Shown here piece after piece: positions 1-5,671 of a stretch of DNA of 6,292 bases. The translations under genes and the position numbers were made by a program. Under the pieces are notes generated by a model that had not been told where the DNA came from, made no database searches, and saw only the letters and a list, made by a program, of their open reading frames with translations. Within the stretch, counting starts at the first letter, position 1; every line of letters starts with the position of its first letter. The DNA comes from an archaeon (GTDB lineage Archaea; Nanobdellota; Nanobdellia; Pacearchaeales; GW2011-AR1): the NCBI GenBank assembly GCA_027341315.1, contig DAIENA010000015.1, forward strand, positions 6,742-13,033, written 5' to 3'.

Positions 1-2
1 AT

Positions 3-29
3 GTCGTTAAGTCGTCGAACGACTTTTTT
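3..29 (+). terminator. Hairpin plus T6, a possible intrinsic terminator of a + strand gene lying off the left edge
   Basis: GTCGTT (3..8) pairs with AACGAC (18..23). An alternative register pairs AGTCG (10..14) with CGACT (20..24). TTTTTT follows at 24..29. Context is cut by the window edge, and a competing reading exists (a short minus-strand ORF start at 34). Confidence 0.3.
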
Positions 30-70
30 GTCATATTCCTTTTTTAAATTTTTGAATGATGTTGAGATTT

Positions 71-787
71 TCATTTTAGTTTTAATTTCCATACACAAAA
101 TATAGGTTTTTCTGAAAATTCCTTATACTCTTTTGGAAAAAGTTTTTTTGCTTTTTTATCAGGGAAACAATCTTTATAATCAACTATTTCAAAACCATTA
201 GTTAAGATATCTTTTATTATCTGTTCATAAGTTTTATGGTATGCAGGGATTTTCATTTTTTTGTTTTTGTTATCTGACCATGGCCAATAAGTTTTTTTAT
301 CGTGAAAATAGTCCTTACCAAACCTCATTTCAGCTACAGGGTTACCCGTCGAGAATATAAAAACTCCTCCTTTTTTTAGGACTCTTTTTATTTCATCAAA
401 CATTTTATTCCAATCTTTTAGATAATGAACAACTAGTGAAGAAGTTACAATGTCAAATTTTTCATTAAATGGAATTTTGTAGCCAGAGCCAATTTTTAAT
501 TCCAATATGGGATTTTCCCTTTTTGCAATAACTAACATTTCAGGGGATATGTCAAAACCTTTTACTTTAGCTCCTTTTTTGGTTAATAACTTCGCGTAAA
601 TTCCTGTTCCGCATCCAAAATCTAAAATTTTTTTATTTTTTACATTTCCTAATAATTTTAAGGTCGAAGGCATTTCTAATAACTCATTAAAAAACCATCC
701 ATAAGGATTTTCTTTTGTACGCATATTGTGATATTTTTCTGCAGAGAGTGCGTAATTCTTTAATACCTCTTTTTCGTCTTCTTTCAT
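71..787 (-). CDS. Class I SAM-dependent methyltransferase (Methyltransf_11/25-like; substrate unknown)
   Basis: ORF track gives 71..793. Motif I is ILDFGCGTG, followed by an acidic post-I strand (VKGFDISPEM) and KKGGVFIFS. These are typical of Rossmann-fold SAM methyltransferases. The track start at 793 is a TTG. The ATG at 787..785 overlaps the aldolase stop as ATGA and has GAAGGT (802..797) 9 nt upstream, the same spacing as the aldolase RBS. I therefore prefer 787. Stop is TGA at 73..71. Confidence 0.85.
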   Translation of the reverse strand: MKEDEKEVLKNYALSAEKYHNMRTKENPYGWFFNELLEMPSTLKLLGNVKNKKILDFGCGTGIYAKLLTKKGAKVKGFDISPEMLVIAKRENPILELKIGSGYKIPFNEKFDIVTSSLVVHYLKDWNKMFDEIKRVLKKGGVFIFSTGNPVAEMRFGKDYFHDKKTYWPWSDNKNKKMKIPAYHKTYEQIIKDILTNGFEIVDYKDCFPDKKAKKLFPKEYKEFSEKPIFCVWKLKLK

Positions 788-1536
788 CTCCAAATTACCT
801 TCTTAATTTTTTTAGCGAGTCCGACAGGGTCCTTTGATTTCCAGACATTTCGTCCAACGGCAATTCCGGCGCCGCCAACACCAACAATATCTTTTACCTC
901 TTTAAGAAAATTTTTCTCATCGGTTTTAACTCCGCCGGCAATTACAACTTTTGTTTTCCCGGCTGACTTTACTGCCCAAGCCAAATCTTTTTTATTCCCG
1001 TTGTATTCGAGTTTTACAATATCGGCGCCAATTTCGAGTCCGACGCGTGCGGCGTAAGCCATGAGTTCGGATTTTTTTCTGTTTAACGTTGCTTTTCCAC
1101 GCGGGTAAATCCATGCGATAACTGTCAATCCTTTTTTATGTGCAACTTCTTCTATTTTTGCAAATTCTTTCATCATTAACGGATCAAATTCACTTCCTAA
1201 ATAAATTGTGTATCCAACGGCGCTTGCACCTAATTTTATGGCCTCATCGACGCTGCAAATTTGTTCCGACATCGGTTCGCCCTGACGAATGTTTGCTTTC
1301 CCGTTGAGTTTTATGATTAACGGAACTTTTGATTTTTTTATTTCTTTGCTGTATTTTTCTGCAATTCCTTTTTGAAAAATTATTGCATTAAATTTTCCTT
1401 TTTTAGCAATTTCAAGGATATACCTGGGGTCAACATTTTCGTCGTTAAATTCCACCGGACCGTGTTCAAGGCCTTGGTCATAAGCAAGAAACATCGCTTT
1501 TCCATTTTTCATTATTTTTGAAATATTTGTTTTCAT
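784..1536 (-). CDS. fba: Class I fructose-1,6-bisphosphate aldolase, archaeal type (DhnA/FbaB family)
   Basis: 250 aa. Family hallmarks seen in the translation are FLAYDQGLEHGP near the N-terminus, WIYPRG (conserved Tyr) and GADIVKLEY (Schiff-base Lys position). The ATG at 1536 has AAGGAG 9 nt upstream and overlaps the kinase stop (ATGA). ADH synthase, a paralogue in the same family, cannot be excluded from sequence alone. The glycolytic neighbours favour FBA. Confidence 0.8.
   Translation of the reverse strand: MKTNISKIMKNGKAMFLAYDQGLEHGPVEFNDENVDPRYILEIAKKGKFNAIIFQKGIAEKYSKEIKKSKVPLIIKLNGKANIRQGEPMSEQICSVDEAIKLGASAVGYTIYLGSEFDPLMMKEFAKIEEVAHKKGLTVIAWIYPRGKATLNRKKSELMAYAARVGLEIGADIVKLEYNGNKKDLAWAVKSAGKTKVVIAGGVKTDEKNFLKEVKDIVGVGGAGIAVGRNVWKSKDPVGLAKKIKKVIWR
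797..802 (-). promoter_or_regulatory. Shine-Dalgarno-like GAAGGT for the methyltransferase gene, embedded in the aldolase 3' end
   Basis: The minus strand reads GAAGGT-aatttggag-ATG, a 9-nt spacer identical in length to the aldolase RBS spacer. Confidence 0.4.
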
Positions 1537-2435
1537 TTCAATTTTCTCCTTAACAAATTATTTTTTGCTCCAAAATGTTTTATTACCGCTTCGCTTTCGT
1601 CGAGTCCGAGTTTTAAACTTTCGTCGATAGAACGTCCGACAATTTGCCCGGCGACGAAGCCCGAAGCAAATGCGTCTCCTGCACCGGTTTTTTCGACAAC
1701 TTTTATTTTTCGGGGGGAAATAGAATAATTTTTCTTTCCATCGTAAGCGTAAACCGTTTCTTTGTCGTTTGTGATAACAACAATTTTAGGTCCAAGTTTT
1801 TTTAATCCGGCAAGAAGATTGTTTTCTTTAGTCAAAAGTTTTGCTTCCTCCTTATTCAAAATCAAAATGTCCGTTAATTTCAGAATTTCGGCAATGTTTT
1901 CTTTTTTTATTAGATAACTACTGGGATTAAATGCAATTTTTACGCCGTTTTCATGAAAAATTTTTGCAACCTTTTTTTGGGTTTCCAGGCTTTTTCCAAG
2001 AGATGACGAAAGATACACCCATTTTGTTTTTATTTTTTTTATTTTAATTTCATCAAATTTTAAACTGTCGCTAATTCCTTTGTAAGTCAGAACTGTTCGG
2101 TCTTTTTCCTTGCTGTCAAGAATTATTGAATACCCTCCGGAAGAATCTGAATTCTTTTCGACTGCTCCAAGAAATTTAACTTTCTCTTTTTTTAACAACT
2201 CTAAAATATTTTTCCCGCCAAAACTGTTGTCAAGTTTTCCTATAAAACCGGTTTTGAATCCAAGTCTTGAAAATGCAACCGCAGTATTTGTTCCACCGCC
2301 ACCGACGGAAAATTTTAAATCTTTAAGTAAAATTTTATCCCCGACGGGATAAGCCATAAACTTTCCTTTTTCTGATAGACCTGTCTCTGCAAACATATCA
2401 ATCGTCGCAGAACCGAAAGTTATAACGTCAAACAT
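1533..2435 (-). CDS. PfkB/ribokinase-family carbohydrate kinase (candidate ATP-dependent 6-phosphofructokinase; substrate not determinable)
   Basis: ORF track gives 1533..2441. Signatures present are the GG-containing motif VGGGGTNTAVAF, an NXXE motif (LNKEE) and the C-terminal TGAGDAFASGF with the catalytic Asp. The track start at 2441 is a GTG that lies inside the GAGGTG Shine-Dalgarno (2444..2439). The ATG at 2435..2433 sits 3 nt after that hexamer (5 nt after the GAGG core) and gives MFDVITFGSATIDMF, a typical PfkB N-terminus. Confidence 0.85.
   Translation of the reverse strand: MFDVITFGSATIDMFAETGLSEKGKFMAYPVGDKILLKDLKFSVGGGGTNTAVAFSRLGFKTGFIGKLDNSFGGKNILELLKKEKVKFLGAVEKNSDSSGGYSIILDSKEKDRTVLTYKGISDSLKFDEIKIKKIKTKWVYLSSSLGKSLETQKKVAKIFHENGVKIAFNPSSYLIKKENIAEILKLTDILILNKEEAKLLTKENNLLAGLKKLGPKIVVITNDKETVYAYDGKKNYSISPRKIKVVEKTGAGDAFASGFVAGQIVGRSIDESLKLGLDESEAVIKHFGAKNNLLRRKLK
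1546..1551 (-). promoter_or_regulatory. Shine-Dalgarno AAGGAG for the aldolase gene, embedded in the 3' end of the kinase gene
   Basis: The minus strand reads AAGGAG-aaaattgaa-ATG, a 9-nt spacer. Confidence 0.6.
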
Positions 2436-2438
2436 TTT

Positions 2439-2444
2439 CACCTC
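2439..2444 (-). promoter_or_regulatory. Shine-Dalgarno GAGGTG for the PfkB-family kinase gene
   Basis: The minus strand reads aataaGAGGTGaaaATG. GAGGUGA is complementary to the conserved 16S 3' tail (..UCACCUCC..). Confidence 0.55.
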
Positions 2445-2481
2445 TTATTAAACAGTCTTTTCTCGAATAAAAAGGTTTTGA

Positions 2482-2489
2482 TTTATAAA
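2482..2489 (-). promoter_or_regulatory. TATA-box-like TTTATAAA in the divergent kinase/Nudix intergenic region, candidate promoter of the kinase-aldolase-methyltransferase operon
   Basis: This is an 8-bp A/T palindrome centred about 50 nt upstream of the 2435 ATG. An archaeal-type TSS about 26 nt downstream of it would leave a roughly 24-nt leader containing the SD. Assigned on position only. Confidence 0.3.
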
Positions 2490-2507
2490 ATTCATAAAAA
2501 GAAAAAA

Positions 2508-2514
2508 TTATATA
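2508..2514 (+). promoter_or_regulatory. TATA-box-like TTATATA preceded by an A-rich (BRE-like) stretch, candidate promoter of the Nudix gene
   Basis: It is centred about 25 nt upstream of the ATG at 2536, so an archaeal-type TSS would give a leaderless or near-leaderless mRNA. A bacterial reading is also possible: TATACT as a -10 box, with GAGGA at 2519..2523 as SD and a 12-nt spacer. Confidence 0.3.
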
Positions 2515-2535
2515 CTTTGAGGATATTAAGTTTTC

Positions 2536-2961
2536 ATGGAGTGGAACGAATTTAATAAAGGAGTTTTTCTTGTCAATGTTTTGGGAATTATTTATAACAA
2601 ATCGAAGAATGAAATTTTAATTGGAGAAAGAGCGGACGACCCTTACATAAAAAATCTCTCGTGGACTTTTCCGGGTGGAAGGCCGGCTTACAAAGACGAC
2701 TTGGAAGTTTATCTGAAAAATGAAATAAAGAAAAAAACCGGGCTTGATGTTAATGTGAAAAAAGTTATATTTGCCAAAACATATCCAGAAAGACGTGAGT
2801 TTCTTTCAATTTATTATTTATGTGAACCCGTCGGTGGCGAAGAGAAAGCCGGCGAAAAATTTGTCAGGATAAAATGGATAAACCCAACAGAAGTTAAAAA
2901 TTATTTTACAACTTCCATTCATCCTGTGTTATTTGATTTTTTGAAGAATATAAAAAGTTAA
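2536..2961 (+). CDS. Nudix-fold protein with degenerate Nudix box (probably not a canonical Nudix pyrophosphohydrolase)
   Basis: 141 aa. The layout is Nudix-like: hydrophobic beta strand, then W-x-FPGG, then a 23-residue box. The box G48-L70 reads G-RPAYK-D-DLEVYLK-NE-I-K-KK-T-G-L against the consensus G-x5-E-x7-RE-U-x-EE-x-G-U. ATG at 2536, TAA at 2959..2961. Confidence 0.75.
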   Translation: MEWNEFNKGVFLVNVLGIIYNKSKNEILIGERADDPYIKNLSWTFPGGRPAYKDDLEVYLKNEIKKKTGLDVNVKKVIFAKTYPERREFLSIYYLCEPVGGEEKAGEKFVRIKWINPTEVKNYFTTSIHPVLFDFLKNIKS

Positions 2962-2971
2962 TTTATTTTTT
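2962..2971 (+). terminator. T3-A-T6 tract immediately after the Nudix stop (oligo-T terminator candidate)
   Basis: TAA (2959..2961) is followed by TTTATTTTTT. The tract overlaps the last codons of the convergent pgk gene. Confidence 0.3.
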
Positions 2972-4117
2972 GTAAAATCCTAGCGCTGCAAGACCAGGGA
3001 GTTTTTTTCCGGCAATAAATTGCAGCAAAGCGCCGCCGGACAAACTTACATAACCGAATTTTTTACTTGATATTCCGGACATTTTCATTGCTGCGTCAAG
3101 GTCTCCTCCGCCAAGAAGGGAAAATGCAGAGCTTTCAGAAATTGCCCTTAATATTTCGCTCGTCCCTTTTAAAAAATTTTTTTTAGTGTAATATCCGGCC
3201 GGTCCTTTGACATAAACTGATTTTGCTTTTTTTATTTCCTGAATATATTTTTTTATTGTTTCAGAGCCAATGTCATAAGTTTCAAAATTATTTGGAAATT
3301 TTTTAATTTCTAAATTTATTCTTTTTCCTTTTTCGTCGACTGCAAAATCAACCGGTAATTCGACATATTTTTCATATTTTTTTAATTTTATTTTTAAATT
3401 TTTAAGTATTTTATTATAATTTTTTATATTTTTTTTAAGATAATTTTCTTCAGCACCAAGTTTTATTCCTGAAGCAACAAGGCACATTGGTCCAAAAAGT
3501 CCGCACGTAAGAATCTTATTTTTCCCAATAAGGTGGATGTTGTCATCAGGCTTTGCTCCGCCGAGAATATAAACACAATTTTTAAGTTTTATTTTTTTTA
3601 GCCCGTTTAATTCTTTTTCAAGAATTGGTCCGGCATAACTTTCCATGTATTTTGGAAAACTGACTACCGATGCCTGGGCCCGGTGAGAAACGGACAATGC
3701 ATCGTTAACGTAAACGTCGCAAAGCGAGCTCAAAACATCGACAAATTTAGTCTTACCTGTCATAAATTCTTCTTTCAAAAAGCGGACATTTTCTAAAAGT
3801 AGCGCCTCGCCGTTTTTTAGAGATTGAATCTCTTTTTTTGCTTTATATCCGTAAATGTCGTCGACAAATTTTATTTTTGTTATTTTATTTATTAATTTTG
3901 CATGTTGGTTTAATGAAATAAAATCACTTTTTCCGGGTCTACTCTGATGAGCAAGAACAACAATTTTTGCATGTCTTTTTTTAAGAGATTTAATCGTTTC
4001 TGCCGTTGCTTTTATCCTGTCTGACATTAAAACTTTTTTTTTAATCACTTCAGAATTTATGTCTGCTCTTAATAAAATTGTTTTTCCCTTCACATCTTTT
4101 TCAGAAATAAATTTCAT
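2963..4117 (-). CDS. pgk: Phosphoglycerate kinase, archaeal type
   Basis: 384 aa. It is collinear with archaeal PGKs as I remember them (Pyrococcus, Methanocaldococcus): LLRADINS, VLAHQSRPGK-DF (bacteria have SHLGRP), LLENVRF, VNDALSVSHR, ILGGAK, PVDFAV, SLLGGGD, SGGALLQFIAGKKLPGLAAL. The ATG at 4117 lies 6 nt after the gap stop. Confidence 0.93.
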   Translation of the reverse strand: MKFISEKDVKGKTILLRADINSEVIKKKVLMSDRIKATAETIKSLKKRHAKIVVLAHQSRPGKSDFISLNQHAKLINKITKIKFVDDIYGYKAKKEIQSLKNGEALLLENVRFLKEEFMTGKTKFVDVLSSLCDVYVNDALSVSHRAQASVVSFPKYMESYAGPILEKELNGLKKIKLKNCVYILGGAKPDDNIHLIGKNKILTCGLFGPMCLVASGIKLGAEENYLKKNIKNYNKILKNLKIKLKKYEKYVELPVDFAVDEKGKRINLEIKKFPNNFETYDIGSETIKKYIQEIKKAKSVYVKGPAGYYTKKNFLKGTSEILRAISESSAFSLLGGGDLDAAMKMSGISSKKFGYVSLSGGALLQFIAGKKLPGLAALGFYKK

Positions 4118-4123
4118 TTTAAT

Positions 4124-5116
4124 TTACAAAAACTTTTGTAAGATTTTAGCAAACTCTGCAAGTCTATGAGAATATCCGTATTCATTGTCGTACCATGAAA
4201 GAACTTTAACAGTATTTCCAATCAGCATTGTCGACAATCCGTCAACTATTGAAGAATTTGTGTTTCCGATTACGTCACTCGAAACGATTTCGTCGTCGGT
4301 ATATTCAAGAATTCCTTTAAGTTTTCCAGTTGATTCTTTTTTAAGAATTGAATTTACCTCTTTAACATCTCTTGGAGTTTTTTCTAACTCTGCGACAAAA
4401 TCAACAATACTTCCTGCTGGAACGGGAACTCTCATGGCAAGACCGTCGAGTTTTCCTTTCAGACTTGGAATTACTTCAACAACCGATTTCGTTGCACCGG
4501 AAGTTGTCGGAACAATATTTACCGCGGCGGCCCTTCCACGTCGGAGTTTTTTATCCGGTTTGTCAACAAGACCCTGCGAAGCGGTGTAAGCGTGAACTGT
4601 TGTCATGAATCCTTTTTTTATGCCATAATTTTCATCTAAAACTTTTGCAACGACTGCAAGGCAATTAGTTGTGCAGCTTCCCATAGAAATAATTTTATCG
4701 CTTTTTTTTAACACTTCTTCATTAACTCCGATAACAATTGTTTTATCCGGGTTTTTTGCCGGCGCCGAAATAATTACTTTCTTTGCTCCTGCATTTATAT
4801 GTTTCATTGCGCCATCGCGATCCGTAAAAAATCCGGTCGATTCAATAACAACGTCGACGCCGAGTTTTTTCCATGGAAGTTTTTCAGGGTCTTTCTCGGA
4901 AAAAACAGGAATTTTTTTGCTTCCGAGTTTTATAAAACCCTCACCTGCTTCAACTTTTTCGTCGAGAGTTCCGTGGACCGAATCATATTTTATTAAATAT
5001 GCAAGAGTTTTTGTGTCAGTCAAATCATTAAACGCGACAAAATTTAAACCAAGTTTCAAACCGTTTCTTAGAACAAGTCTTCCAATTCTTCCAAGCCCGT
5101 TAATTGCAATTTTCAT
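4124..5116 (-). CDS. gap: Glyceraldehyde-3-phosphate dehydrogenase, type I (bacterial/eukaryotic type), probably NAD-dependent
   Basis: 330 aa. It has the N-terminal INGLGRIGR Rossmann motif and an AFNDL acidic residue typical of NAD-specific enzymes. It also has the catalytic-Cys signature SCTTNCLAV (consensus SCTTNCLAP) and the C-terminal WYDNEYGYS. Together these define type I GAPDH, not the archaeal type II enzyme. Confidence 0.95.
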   Translation of the reverse strand: MKIAINGLGRIGRLVLRNGLKLGLNFVAFNDLTDTKTLAYLIKYDSVHGTLDEKVEAGEGFIKLGSKKIPVFSEKDPEKLPWKKLGVDVVIESTGFFTDRDGAMKHINAGAKKVIISAPAKNPDKTIVIGVNEEVLKKSDKIISMGSCTTNCLAVVAKVLDENYGIKKGFMTTVHAYTASQGLVDKPDKKLRRGRAAAVNIVPTTSGATKSVVEVIPSLKGKLDGLAMRVPVPAGSIVDFVAELEKTPRDVKEVNSILKKESTGKLKGILEYTDDEIVSSDVIGNTNSSIVDGLSTMLIGNTVKVLSWYDNEYGYSHRLAEFAKILQKFL

Positions 5117-5232
5117 CTCTTATACTAAAATAAAGGTGAATTCATTTTAAAAAACTTGTGAACTTGAGAAAACCAAAAATTATTTAAGATTTGGTGCCTT
5201 TAAAAATAAGTTCAATTTAGGTTGAACATCGA

Positions 5233-5256
5233 GGTAAAAATTTTAATATTTTTACC
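5233..5256. repeat. Inverted repeat GGTAAAAAT-(tttaat)-ATTTTTACC, a 9-bp perfect stem with a 6-nt loop, in the gap / hypothetical-gene intergenic region
   Basis: Read directly: 5233..5241 pairs with 5248..5256. No T-run follows on either strand, so it is not a classic intrinsic terminator. Function is unknown. Confidence 0.5.
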
Positions 5257-5288
5257 CCTCTAAAAATTTAATTTTATTAATCCAAAGA

Positions 5289-5297
5289 TTTTTAAAT
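5289..5297 (+). promoter_or_regulatory. TATA-box-like TTTTTAAAT upstream of the first hypothetical gene
   Basis: It is centred about 31 nt upstream of the ATG at 5324, and no SD is present. This fits a near-leaderless archaeal transcript. Assigned on position only. Confidence 0.25.
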
Positions 5298-5323
5298 GCT
5301 GTAAAAATGATATGTTGTGAAAA

Positions 5324-5638
5324 ATGGAAGCCAAAACATTAACCGGAGAATTAAATGTTGCAAGAAAATACTTTGAATCAAGAAAGATTTCAAGGAATTT
5401 AGACTCTTATGGCAAGAGCCTTTCCGCAATTCATTTAAAAAAATATCTTCCAAAAGAATTCGAAAATCCGAAAGAATTTAAGGAAAATCTTGAAACTAAG
5501 GCAAGGCTATATTTTAATTTCAGACATTTTTTTGAGGGGGTAACTAATAATCTCCCCATTTCAGATCCATTTTATCGAGGATATGCAGATAATGTCGATT
5601 TATACTTTGAAAAACTCTATAAAGAATTAGGATTATGA
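5324..5638 (+). CDS. Hypothetical protein, 104 aa, no recognisable family
   Basis: It is the only long ORF on either strand in this interval. An in-frame TGA lies 2 codons upstream of the ATG, so the start is unambiguous. There is no Shine-Dalgarno, and an A/T box sits about 31 nt upstream. The protein is charged, rich in aromatic residues, has no hydrophobic segment, and is probably helical. Coding status is inferred only from ORF length and packing. Confidence 0.55.
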   Translation: MEAKTLTGELNVARKYFESRKISRNLDSYGKSLSAIHLKKYLPKEFENPKEFKENLETKARLYFNFRHFFEGVTNNLPISDPFYRGYADNVDLYFEKLYKELGL

Positions 5639-5671
5639 ATTAGTCGTAATTATAAAAAAGTAACATATCGG

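Noticed and set aside
56-62. C-box-like ATGATGT that might indicate an archaeal C/D box sRNA
   Set aside because: The match to RUGAUGA is imperfect. No CUGA D box or C'/D' pair sits at a suitable distance on either strand. The same check in the 5117..5323 and 5639..5704 spacers was also negative.
2110-2352. 80-aa + strand ORF from the track
   Set aside because: It lies entirely antisense to the well-supported PfkB-family kinase gene. The protein is low-complexity and Pro/Ser/Phe-rich, which is typical of a shadow ORF, and it has no start context.
71-2441. Possible stop-codon reassignment (UGA recoding, as in some candidate phyla)
   Set aside because: All three genes of this operon end in TGA at positions that match full-length homologues. 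No conserved gene in the window is interrupted by an in-frame TGA, TAG or TAA. The standard code fits.
3167-3184. TTTTAAAAAATTTTTTTT homopolymer palindrome
   Set aside because: It is a low-complexity A/T run inside pgk coding sequence (encoding LKKFFL on the minus strand). There is no evidence of function beyond composition.
3361-3440. Almost pure A/T stretch that looks like an intergenic spacer, an insertion or an internal promoter
   Set aside because: It is in frame within pgk and encodes a Lys/Asn-rich segment (KKNIKNYNKILKNLKIKLKKYEKY). That segment aligns positionally with the variable helix preceding the conserved PVDFAV, so this is compositional drift of a tolerant region rather than a separate element.
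4185-5150. Four + strand ORFs from the track (4185..4589, 4372..4608, 4671..5150, 4799..4996)
   Set aside because: All are antisense to the strongly conserved type I GAPDH gene. Their translations are Ser/Phe/Thr-rich with no motifs. Long antisense frames are expected from the codon bias of an AT-rich gene.
5307-5342. 11-codon upstream ORF (MICCEKWKPKH) overlapping the ORFan-1 start, plus a 2-codon atg-ctg-taa at 5296..5304
   Set aside because: Short ORFs like these are expected by chance in AT-rich spacers. There is no SD and no way to test conservation from this window.
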